A stretch of DNA of 38,890 bases, taken from positions 1 through 38,890 of the forward strand of contig JAEOTR010000045.1 of the NCBI GenBank assembly GCA_016839705.1, in the 5' to 3' direction. The position numbers were made by a program, and so were the translations under genes. The DNA is from Promethearchaeota archaeon (GTDB lineage Archaea > Asgardarchaeota > Lokiarchaeia > Sigyniarchaeales > SOKP01). Every line of letters begins with the position of its first letter. Within the stretch, counting starts at the first letter, position 1. The notes beneath the pieces were generated by a model, which worked only from the letters and a program-made list of their open reading frames with translations, made no database searches and was not told the origin of the DNA. Of this stretch, positions 27,934-35,888 are shown in pieces.

Positions 27934-27972
27934 TCTAAGATTCCACGTAAACTTTTCGAAATAAAACTATTA
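27934..27972 (+). promoter_or_regulatory. Putative operator (TCTAAGAnTCCA) plus BRE/TATA for the 28010 gene cluster
   Basis: tctaagattcca starts 30 nt before aaactat. Confidence 0.5.
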
Positions 27973-28009
27973 AACGAACCTTGATCTAACTAATTACAAG
28001 AAAAAAAGT

Positions 28010-28270
28010 GTGAGTGTGATAAAAAATATGAATCAATTATTAGTTAAAGAGGATGCCTCTTTCGAACTTGAGGATCTACATTTGATTTTAATAAAAAGTA
28101 TCAAAAAAGATAGTGAAAAGACTAAAACCAATGCTAGAATGCTGTATGAGATATACAGTAGTTTGATGAATCCTAAGTACTCTGAGAATAAGATTACACC
28201 TGAAGACGCACAAATCAAGTTAGATGCAATGATGCCAAGAAATAATCAGGGCCTCATCAGAACTTTTTAA
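28010..28270 (+). CDS. Small hypothetical protein ending ...NNQGLIRTF
   Basis: First of three co-oriented small ORFs. Confidence 0.65.
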   Translation: MSVIKNMNQLLVKEDASFELEDLHLILIKSIKKDSEKTKTNARMLYEIYSSLMNPKYSENKITPEDAQIKLDAMMPRNNQGLIRTF

Positions 28271-28281
28271 GAACTTCAAGT

Positions 28282-28554
28282 ATGCTATGGAGGATAATAA
28301 AATACCAAAAGAGGTGGTTTAATCTGACAGAAAGTATTCGAATAATAACTCCCGATTTAAGGGGAGTGATTTATGTACCACGAGAAGAATTGATTGAGTT
28401 TGAGCCAAAAAAAATATTTAAAGAGGCTCTATCTGACAGGAATGAACTAGACTTAATAGAACGTAAAAGAGACCTGAAAAGATGGAAACAATCTTTGGGT
28501 TATTATAGTTTGCATCCTGATAAATTCAGGTTTGGTTTAAGAGATTTAAAATAA
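28282..28554 (+). CDS. Small hypothetical protein (possible CTG start at 28324 after GAGGTG)
   Basis: Co-oriented small ORF; SD-like gaggtg at 28311-16 sits 7 nt before an in-frame CTG. Confidence 0.6.
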   Translation: MLWRIIKYQKRWFNLTESIRIITPDLRGVIYVPREELIEFEPKKIFKEALSDRNELDLIERKRDLKRWKQSLGYYSLHPDKFRFGLRDLK

Positions 28555-28571
28555 AATGTATAAAAAATGGG

Positions 28572-28838
28572 GTGATAACAAAAATGGTAGAAGTATTATT
28601 AAAGAAAAATGCTCTTAAAGCACCAATCGAATTTGAGGATTTAATAATTTTTGAAGAGCTCCCCACGGTTGAAGAAGATTATGAGATAGTTAAGGTCAAA
28701 TTAGAAGAGAAACCACTCAAAAAAGCATTATCAAAATTATTGAAGAGGGCTAAATATAATGCTAAATATTTGGAGGAGATGGTTGATGTGAATAAAGTCA
28801 AAAGAGATATACATTACAGGAGGTATGGACTTTTCTAA
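28572..28838 (+). CDS. Small hypothetical protein ending ...HYRRYGLF (probable ATG at 28584)
   Basis: SD-like ggggtga before the ATG; charged helical composition. Confidence 0.65.
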   Translation: MITKMVEVLLKKNALKAPIEFEDLIIFEELPTVEEDYEIVKVKLEEKPLKKALSKLLKRAKYNAKYLEEMVDVNKVKRDIHYRRYGLF

Positions 28839-28859
28839 TATTTTTATTTCCTTATCAAA

Positions 28860-28950
28860 CTGATTTTATTCTGAGTTCAAATTTCAGGGAGAGATAAAAT
28901 CAGGGGGAGGGGGACCCTTTCCAGCCCCCTCCTATTCTATTATTTTTTTT
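28860..28950 (+). terminator. Double hairpin followed by a T-tract downstream of the small-gene cluster
   Basis: ctgattttat(28860-69)/ataaaatcag(28894-903); ggaggggg(28906-13)/ccccctcc(28925-32); then tattctattatttttttt. Confidence 0.5.
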
Positions 28951-29103
28951 TATTCTGGTATATAATTTTACATTTTTGTTTATAGTCTAAGATATCATAT
29001 ATTCAGAGTAAACCAAAATTTTAAATTTAAGAAAAACTGATATTAGTTTAGTTACGAATTTTTGAAAATCATATATAAAATCTGATTTCTTGGAATTAAC
29101 TCT

Positions 29104-29664
29104 ATGAGTGATAATGGGCGTAAGTTTAGATTCAAGGTAACCGTAATTGGGGATGGTAGGGTTGGGAAAACATCCTTAATAAAAAGGTTCACTCAGGGCT
29201 CTTTTAAAAAAGACTATGTTAAAACAATCGGAGCACAATTCTCGGTATACGATGAAATCATCAAGGGAGATAAAATTAGATTATTGTTTTGGGATATTGC
29301 GGGTCAGGACACATTCCACTTTTTGCGACCAAATTTTTTCAAAAATAGTAGAGCGGCGATCATTGTTTACAGTCTTGAAGATAATAAATTTGGGAAAGAA
29401 AGTTTTGATCATATAATAAATCCTTGGTATAAAGACATCACAAAATTCTGTGGTGATGTCCCTATTGTAGTATTTGGAAACAAGGTTGATTTGGTTGATA
29501 AAGATAAAATAAACGATTCTAAGATCCAAGAATTAATCGAGAGTAATAATTTTCTAGGACACTACATAACTTCTGCAGAAACAGGGGAAGGTGTCATTGA
29601 AGCATTTAACGCAATCATAGAAACACTATATAGCAAATTTAAATCTATGTCTGCCGAATTATAA
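29104..29664 (+). CDS. Rab-like small GTPase
   Basis: GDGRVGKTS, YVKTIG, WDIAGQ, GNKVDL, G5 variant TSAETG. Confidence 0.93.
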   Translation: MSDNGRKFRFKVTVIGDGRVGKTSLIKRFTQGSFKKDYVKTIGAQFSVYDEIIKGDKIRLLFWDIAGQDTFHFLRPNFFKNSRAAIIVYSLEDNKFGKESFDHIINPWYKDITKFCGDVPIVVFGNKVDLVDKDKINDSKIQELIESNNFLGHYITSAETGEGVIEAFNAIIETLYSKFKSMSAEL

Positions 29665-29770
29665 AGCACTTAATTCCAAAGATTACCCACAAATTTTATA
29701 ATGTAGAATATCTGATTATCTTTCATAAAATAATTATTTAAATTGGTAATTTGATCTTACTGAAAATTCA

Positions 29771-30322
29771 ATGAATGATAGCGATTATGTTTTTAAAGTT
29801 GCCGTAGTTGGTGATGGGAGAGTTGGTAAAACCTCTTTAATTAAAATGTTTACTCATAGTTCTTTTGAGAAGGAATATATCAAAACGATTGGTGCCCAAC
29901 TCTCTTCTTATATTAAAGAAATAGATGGAGATAAGATTAAATTGCTATTCTGGGATATTGCCGGTCAAGACAGCTTCCATTTTCTGCGACCATCATTTTA
30001 TAATAATAGTAGAGCTGCTATTATTGTATATAGTCTTGAAGAAAACAAACTTGGTAAAGAGAGTTTTAAACATATTCAAGATTGGTATGAAGAAATTACT
30101 AAATATTGTGGCGATTTACCTATTGTTGTTTTTGGAAATAAAGTCGATTTAGTACATGAAAAAGAAATAGATAATTCAGTATTACAAGGAATTATTAAGG
30201 AGAATAATTTTCGTGGTTCCTATCTAACCTCGGCAAAAACAGGAAATGGAGTTGTTAAAGCATTCAATGCAATTATAGAAGAACTCTACGTTAAATTTAA
30301 ATCAATATCTCCAGAATTATAA
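29771..30322 (+). CDS. Rab-like small GTPase (tandem paralog)
   Basis: GDGRVGKTS, YIKTIG, WDIAGQ, GNKVDL, TSAKTG. Confidence 0.93.
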   Translation: MNDSDYVFKVAVVGDGRVGKTSLIKMFTHSSFEKEYIKTIGAQLSSYIKEIDGDKIKLLFWDIAGQDSFHFLRPSFYNNSRAAIIVYSLEENKLGKESFKHIQDWYEEITKYCGDLPIVVFGNKVDLVHEKEIDNSVLQGIIKENNFRGSYLTSAKTGNGVVKAFNAIIEELYVKFKSISPEL

Positions 30323-30388
30323 AACAAAGTTAGGATTGAAACTATAATCTTATATGTAACTGAAATTTAACTTATAATTAGGTGATAT

Positions 30389-31438
30389 TTGAATATGCTT
30401 CTATTAATAGTTGATGGTTGGATTAACGGGATAACAGCATCATTTTCATTTCTTTTAGGAAGCATTCTAGGGTTAACTATAATTAATCAAGCTAGAAAAA
30501 TCGATGCTAGACTACTTTTAATTATGGGATTTAATATATTTATCAGTGCATTTTTTTGGCTGGCCAATTTTAGTGATTTTATTTCAGTTATCTTCACTTC
30601 TACTAATCTACCTAATCCAAATGGTTGGCTGGGAATCTTTTATCTGATGTGGGGTCCCTTGGGATTTTTAATTTCATTATACATTGGTGCGGAACTCTTC
30701 TTCCCCGAGAAAAAGATGTATTTCATTGTACCATTTCTGATTTTAGCTATTTTTTATGAACTGGTAATTTTCATTAATCCATTAAACAGTTTTATTTTTG
30801 AATACCCTGCAATTTCGGGTGAAAATTTAATTCAGACAAATTTTATTCGATTTGGTATCCCATTTATTCTAAATTATTTCTTTATAATTTCAGGATTAAT
30901 TTTTCTTGGATTTGGATATTTAATTAAAGGTATTAGCTCGAAAGGTATAATAAGGAAAAAATTTTTCCTATTGTCAGTAGGTTATTTTCTCTTCATTGGA
31001 TTTCCTATATTAGCAATTTTTGTACAAAGTTTTTATACCTACTTTGTAAGATTAGGAATGGTGAGTGGTTTTTTCTTTTTTTATTTTGGTCTAAGAGAAG
31101 CACCGGTTGAAAAAAGGAGACAAAAACCAATTAAAAAGGAATTACAGGTAAAAGAATCATTATTTAGATTGTATGAAAGACCTGATCATATCACTGAAGA
31201 AGAGGTAACCTTTCATAGAGAGAGGAAGATTTGTTTGATTTGTAAGAATGATTTATCCAGATTAAATTACATTTGCCCTAAATGTAATGCTCTTTATTGT
31301 AATAAATGTTCTGAAGAGTTAAGTAACTTGGAAAATATGTGTTGGGTCTGTGACGAACCTTTTGATGAAACAAAACCGATAAGACCATATAAGAAGGTAA
31401 AACCTGATAAAGATATGGATGTACCTAGAAAGACATAG
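30389..31438 (+). CDS. Polytopic (~7 TM) membrane protein with C-terminal RING-like C4C4 zinc finger
   Basis: About 7 hydrophobic segments, then CLICK...ICPKC..LYCNKC...MCWVC. Confidence 0.75.
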   Translation: MNMLLLIVDGWINGITASFSFLLGSILGLTIINQARKIDARLLLIMGFNIFISAFFWLANFSDFISVIFTSTNLPNPNGWLGIFYLMWGPLGFLISLYIGAELFFPEKKMYFIVPFLILAIFYELVIFINPLNSFIFEYPAISGENLIQTNFIRFGIPFILNYFFIISGLIFLGFGYLIKGISSKGIIRKKFFLLSVGYFLFIGFPILAIFVQSFYTYFVRLGMVSGFFFFYFGLREAPVEKRRQKPIKKELQVKESLFRLYERPDHITEEEVTFHRERKICLICKNDLSRLNYICPKCNALYCNKCSEELSNLENMCWVCDEPFDETKPIRPYKKVKPDKDMDVPRKT

Positions 31439-31514
31439 AAAAATTGCGAAAAACACGAAATCTTAAAAATTTATCTGACTTAATTCGCTGAGGATAAAAG
31501 TATTAGCAGAAATA

Positions 31515-33038
31515 ATGAATAAATATAAAATTGTGTTTCTTAAAATTCTTTCACCATTAGATAATAAATTTCCCCTTAGAGTTCGTGATAATCATATATA
31601 TGATAACCATCCATTAATTAACAAAGAAGCTATCGATGAAGCAATTGAAGAATACGATCAAAAATTGCATTATACCAAAAGCAGAAACTTCTTTGATATA
31701 TCGAATTTAAGCTTGAATATTGAAGGAAGATTTTTAGCTGAAAATATTCCTGAAATTCCCTCAATTGTCATCGATAAGATATGCACTAAAAAGATTTTAT
31801 ATAAAACTCTAAAGAAGCACGATATTACACATATTGCATTAAGCACATATGCCAGTGGATTAGATAAAACTATTGAATTGATAAAAATTATACAATCGGA
31901 ATTTAAAGAAAAAGAATTGTATATTGGGGGCGTAGGAGCAGTTTTTCCACATGTACAAGAATTAGTCGAGTCCAAAAACATTTGCATTGGAAACGGAGTA
32001 AACTGGTTACGTGATAAATTTAATTTAAAATTACTTAAAAGCAATGAATTTAATATTCCCAAGATATTTGGAAACTTCCCTGGATTTCCAATTCCACTAA
32101 AAACGGCTTATCTTATAACTCAAATCGGATGTCCATATAATTGTGATTTTTGTATTACTACTAATATGTTACAATATAATCCCTTTTCAAGGCATGAGAA
32201 AATTATTGAATTTTTCAAAGACCTAAGTTCCAATTCCAAAAGGGATGTTTTTCTTTTCATGAATGAACCTAATGCCTTTTTTCCTGAACTCACTTGGAAG
32301 AGGGTATTTGAATATTTTATAAATAACCCAAAAGATATTGATAATAATATTTTTATTGCCTTTGATGGTTCACTTAATCATATAAATAAGTTTAATTTAG
32401 AAGCGATTCAAAATAAATCCCGCATTAAATTTTTACTTATCAGTTATGGGATTGAAAGTACATTAAAAGGGGGGTATCCCAAAAACCAAGGTAATCCTAA
32501 AAAAGTTATTGAAAGACTAAATCAACTTGGTATTATTACAAAACAAAATTACATAATTGGTTTACCATTTCACACAAGAAAAACAGTGGATATTGAAATA
32601 AATAATAATTTAAAATATAATCCTGATCTCTATGCAATTTCTAATTATATTCCCATTCCTCTTACTCCTATATATAATCAACTAAAAATAGAAAATCTCT
32701 TATATGACAGAATTTTACCTCCTGAATTTTTATATTCCTATGGATTCCAAGCATTTAATCATGAGCATCTAGGAGGAGGGTTCAAGATCTTAAAGTATCT
32801 ATTTAAAGCTCTTTATGAAAGTGAAAAAAAACTTATTAATATTTATGGTAATTTTGCTAATAAACTCATGGATTTGTTTAATATTTCAAATTCTCGAAAA
32901 ATTAAATGGATCGCAAAAGACTTTTTGAAATTAGATAAATTATACTTAGAATCTTTTCAAACGAAGGTGAACTATGATTTGATAACTGAATACCAAAAAA
33001 GAATGGAAAACTCCAGACTTAGGTTTAGAAACCTCTAA
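31515..33038 (+). CDS. Radical SAM protein (divergent B12-binding-like N-terminus)
   Basis: QIGCPYNCDFC; LYIGGVGA; YGIES; YIIGLPFH. Confidence 0.8.
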   Translation: MNKYKIVFLKILSPLDNKFPLRVRDNHIYDNHPLINKEAIDEAIEEYDQKLHYTKSRNFFDISNLSLNIEGRFLAENIPEIPSIVIDKICTKKILYKTLKKHDITHIALSTYASGLDKTIELIKIIQSEFKEKELYIGGVGAVFPHVQELVESKNICIGNGVNWLRDKFNLKLLKSNEFNIPKIFGNFPGFPIPLKTAYLITQIGCPYNCDFCITTNMLQYNPFSRHEKIIEFFKDLSSNSKRDVFLFMNEPNAFFPELTWKRVFEYFINNPKDIDNNIFIAFDGSLNHINKFNLEAIQNKSRIKFLLISYGIESTLKGGYPKNQGNPKKVIERLNQLGIITKQNYIIGLPFHTRKTVDIEINNNLKYNPDLYAISNYIPIPLTPIYNQLKIENLLYDRILPPEFLYSYGFQAFNHEHLGGGFKILKYLFKALYESEKKLINIYGNFANKLMDLFNISNSRKIKWIAKDFLKLDKLYLESFQTKVNYDLITEYQKRMENSRLRFRNL

Positions 33039-33218
33039 AATCTTGTAGTTATTAATTAGTAAAACTAATTCCTGTTTGAGTTCTTATAAGTTTTAAAAGT
33101 CATTTCCTAATTCAATTAAGATTTAGATAAAACAAAATGTACGATTACGATAAAAATGTTTAAATAATATATCATTTTCTATCACACTAATCCAATAAAT
33201 TATATTAATGATGAGAAA

Positions 33219-33503
33219 ATGAATATAAACCCCGATAGAAAAAAAGAATATTTCATTGTTGGGATACTAGGATTAATTTTAGTAATTACTGGAATAGTCT
33301 TTCTTTTCTTTAATTGGATCATATCTTTAATCTTATTTTGTACTGCATTTGGGATCCATACAATATATTATTACTTCTTTCTAATAAGAGCTAAAAAGAA
33401 AGTATGGACACTTACCCCAGGTGCCCCCCAACCCTGTCTAATATTCGGAGCATTAATAGTGGCTGCAATAGTTATAGTAAGTACCGTCAGTGTAATTTTT
33501 TAA
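33219..33503 (+). CDS. Small membrane protein (3 TM)
   Basis: Three hydrophobic helices; AT-rich promoter-like sequence upstream. Confidence 0.6.
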   Translation: MNINPDRKKEYFIVGILGLILVITGIVFLFFNWIISLILFCTAFGIHTIYYYFFLIRAKKKVWTLTPGAPQPCLIFGALIVAAIVIVSTVSVIF

Positions 33504-33514
33504 TTTTTTTTTTT

Positions 33515-34195
33515 TTATAGATTTTTTTCTTCTGAGGGAATCTTGGCATTTCTAGTACCCCAAGGAGATATTGATGGACCTTTTAAACGTTCTAGATTTT
33601 TTTTTAAGCCAAAAGTGAGGTACTCTGAATTTCTTGCATTCAACACTCTAATTGTATCTTTATAAAATTGCACAGCACTCTCATAAGCTTCTAAAGCAGT
33701 TTTACCATCTGCTATTGCATAATCAATTGCAGAATCACAGACTGAATATATAGGGTTATAATCAGGATCTAATTGCACTACTTCATCATAACCAAGAAAT
33801 GCTTTACAACCCTTATCAACAAAATCTATTCCTAAAATCTTGGCTGAATTACATGAAAGGAAATGTACGATCTTACCTTCTACTTCCTTCTCTAAATATC
33901 CTTTTCTACTAAACCAACCCTTCTTTTTTTTTTTAAATAAATCATGACCTTTATGACCTTGAAAGGATGCATCAGAGCCATGACCAGATCCGGTAATGTA
34001 TACAACCTCATCATCCATCGCTAGCTTACTAACGTTATTCCGGTTAGCGTCTTTACCTTGTGCAAACACGCATTGAAATCCTTTTTCTTCAAAATAGGTA
34101 TAAACTGGTTCACGACCTTCCTTAAAGGATTTAACTACATCATCATAGTCTGTATCAATACAAAGAATTTTTTTAGTCAATTGATAACTCACCAT
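33515..34195 (-). CDS. Clan CD (gingipain C25 / caspase-fold) cysteine peptidase-like protein
   Basis: 'VVYITGSGHGS' His-Gly and 'IVHFLSCNSA' Cys motifs after hydrophobic strands; 'KGCKAFLGY'. Confidence 0.6.
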   Translation of the reverse strand: MVSYQLTKKILCIDTDYDDVVKSFKEGREPVYTYFEEKGFQCVFAQGKDANRNNVSKLAMDDEVVYITGSGHGSDASFQGHKGHDLFKKKKKGWFSRKGYLEKEVEGKIVHFLSCNSAKILGIDFVDKGCKAFLGYDEVVQLDPDYNPIYSVCDSAIDYAIADGKTALEAYESAVQFYKDTIRVLNARNSEYLTFGLKKNLERLKGPSISPWGTRNAKIPSEEKNL

Positions 34196-34673
34196 TAGCT
34201 ATTTTTATTCTAGATTTTTCTAAGAAAGCCTTAATAACAGAAAATTCACGTTCAATTAAACTTTCCGCTATTTTTATCTTCCTTTTAGCTTTTCTTAATT
34301 TCTTAAATTTAAAATTTTGATCCAGAAGTTCTACTTCTCTTATTTGTTTTTTTGATAATTCCTTTAAAGCTTTTTCTTTATTTACATAAGTTTGGCCAAT
34401 ATACATTTCAAACCTTCTTTGTTTTTTAATTCTATCTCTTGTTATTTCTGCTTTTTGTTTATAATTCATTTTAGAAAAGTTAATAGCAATTTTATTTTTG
34501 AGAACTTCTCTCAATGTTACCTTTTTTTTTTCCTCATCCGGATCAAAACCAATAGGCAAGTCTAATTGAGCTTGAAGTCTTTGTTCAGGAGTTTTCGGTT
34601 CTATTCCTTTGTTTTTCTTTTTTGCTTCAATTTCTTTTAGAATCTTTAATATTATCTCTTCATTACTTGTCAT
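34173..34673 (-). CDS. Basic hypothetical protein overlapping the start of the peptidase-like gene
   Basis: Lys-rich 166-aa ORF whose 3' end overlaps the peptidase 5' end by 23 bp. Confidence 0.6.
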   Translation of the reverse strand: MTSNEEIILKILKEIEAKKKNKGIEPKTPEQRLQAQLDLPIGFDPDEEKKKVTLREVLKNKIAINFSKMNYKQKAEITRDRIKKQRRFEMYIGQTYVNKEKALKELSKKQIREVELLDQNFKFKKLRKAKRKIKIAESLIEREFSVIKAFLEKSRIKIANGELSID

Positions 34674-34805
34674 TTAAAATCATTGTGAATTTCTATAATA
34701 CTCAAAAACTAATTTGAAAACTAATTAAGTATTTTAATAAAATCATATTTAAATTTTTACAATTATATCAGTTTAAATTAGGTTTTAATTAATCTACTAA
34801 ACAAA

Positions 34806-34858
34806 CCACGATTTTATTTTTATCTAAGAATAAACATCGTGGGTCTTATACAAGGACC
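34806..34858. other. Two adjacent hairpins in the divergent intergenic region
   Basis: ccacgat-tttatt / aataaa-c-atcgtgg and ggtctt / aggacc. Confidence 0.35.
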
Positions 34859-35029
34859 TCTGAAGAAAAAGAGCCTAAATAAATCGAAAAACCATAAAAT
34901 TTCTATCAAAGAAGAAGTAACCCTTATATTTAATAATAAAAGAAATATTCATCTAAAAACTGAAATTTAAAAGTTAGATTATAATTATTTTAAAATAAGG
35001 AAAAAATTATAAAAAATGGATAATGTTAT

Positions 35030-35287
35030 ATGAGAATATCAGTAGAAGATACGAGAACAGGAAAATTGATAAAATTAGATGTGAAAGAACAACATATAAT
35101 TGAACATATTATAGATATAGTTATTAAACATATGGGTATCATTAGTGCTGAACAACGTTCTTATACCTTGGTTCTTCATGATGCAGAATTACCAAACTCA
35201 ATAACTATTGAAGATGCTATACATAAATTTGGATTAAAAGAAGAAGATAAGTTAGCACTTTGGGCAAGAGTTATCGGAGGATTGTAA
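35030..35287 (+). CDS. Ubiquitin-like (beta-grasp) modifier, C-terminus ...RVIGG-L
   Basis: MRISVEDTRTGKLIKLDV resembles ubiquitin MQIFVKTLTGKTITLEV; ends LALWARVIGGL; adjacent to E2/E1/JAB genes. Confidence 0.85.
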   Translation: MRISVEDTRTGKLIKLDVKEQHIIEHIIDIVIKHMGIISAEQRSYTLVLHDAELPNSITIEDAIHKFGLKEEDKLALWARVIGGL

Positions 35288-35294
35288 TATTTTT

Positions 35295-35873
35295 TTAATC
35301 ATCGATAATGATTATCTCCTCATCATCCTTTTCTTCTTCTAACTCTTCAAGATCATAACGTTCTTTAAGAGTGTCTATTGGATTCTTCTTAAAAAATTCA
35401 GCGGATTTAAGACAGATATCATATTTTAGAGGATCATCCGGATTAGGATTTTCTACTAATTTCCGTAAGGCTTTAATCGTAGATTTTAAATCTGAAAGTC
35501 TTGACCATTGTTTAAGAATATTTAAACAGATATATCCCGTTCCTCTATCTTCTCTAGTTGTCAATTCAACAGGATGAATATTTGGGTGGAAAATATTTGA
35601 ATTCCAAGTAAAATCTATACCCCCTGGGTAGGGAAAAGATCTTTTTATCTTCAAAAATATCCTGTGTGTTTCTATAGGTGTTAAATCAATAGGTTCTTCA
35701 TCTGTTTTTAAAGTAAATCCAATTGCTTTTAGGTACAAAGTCATTACTACATTATCCTCATGCCATTCTATTGAATCTTCTTCTATTACATTTAGATTCT
35801 TTAAATTTCTAAGTTCATTACTTATCCTATCTTTCCATATTTCAATTGGTAATTCAGGCATAATTAATAACAC
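35295..35873 (-). CDS. Ubiquitin-conjugating enzyme E2 (probable ATG at 35861)
   Basis: FPY, IFHPNIHP...GYICLNILKQWS (catalytic Cys), LVENPNPDDPL; acidic tail. Confidence 0.92.
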   Translation of the reverse strand: MLLIMPELPIEIWKDRISNELRNLKNLNVIEEDSIEWHEDNVVMTLYLKAIGFTLKTDEEPIDLTPIETHRIFLKIKRSFPYPGGIDFTWNSNIFHPNIHPVELTTREDRGTGYICLNILKQWSRLSDLKSTIKALRKLVENPNPDDPLKYDICLKSAEFFKKNPIDTLKERYDLEELEEEKDDEEIIIIDD

Positions 35874-35888
35874 TCCTTTAGTTATATT

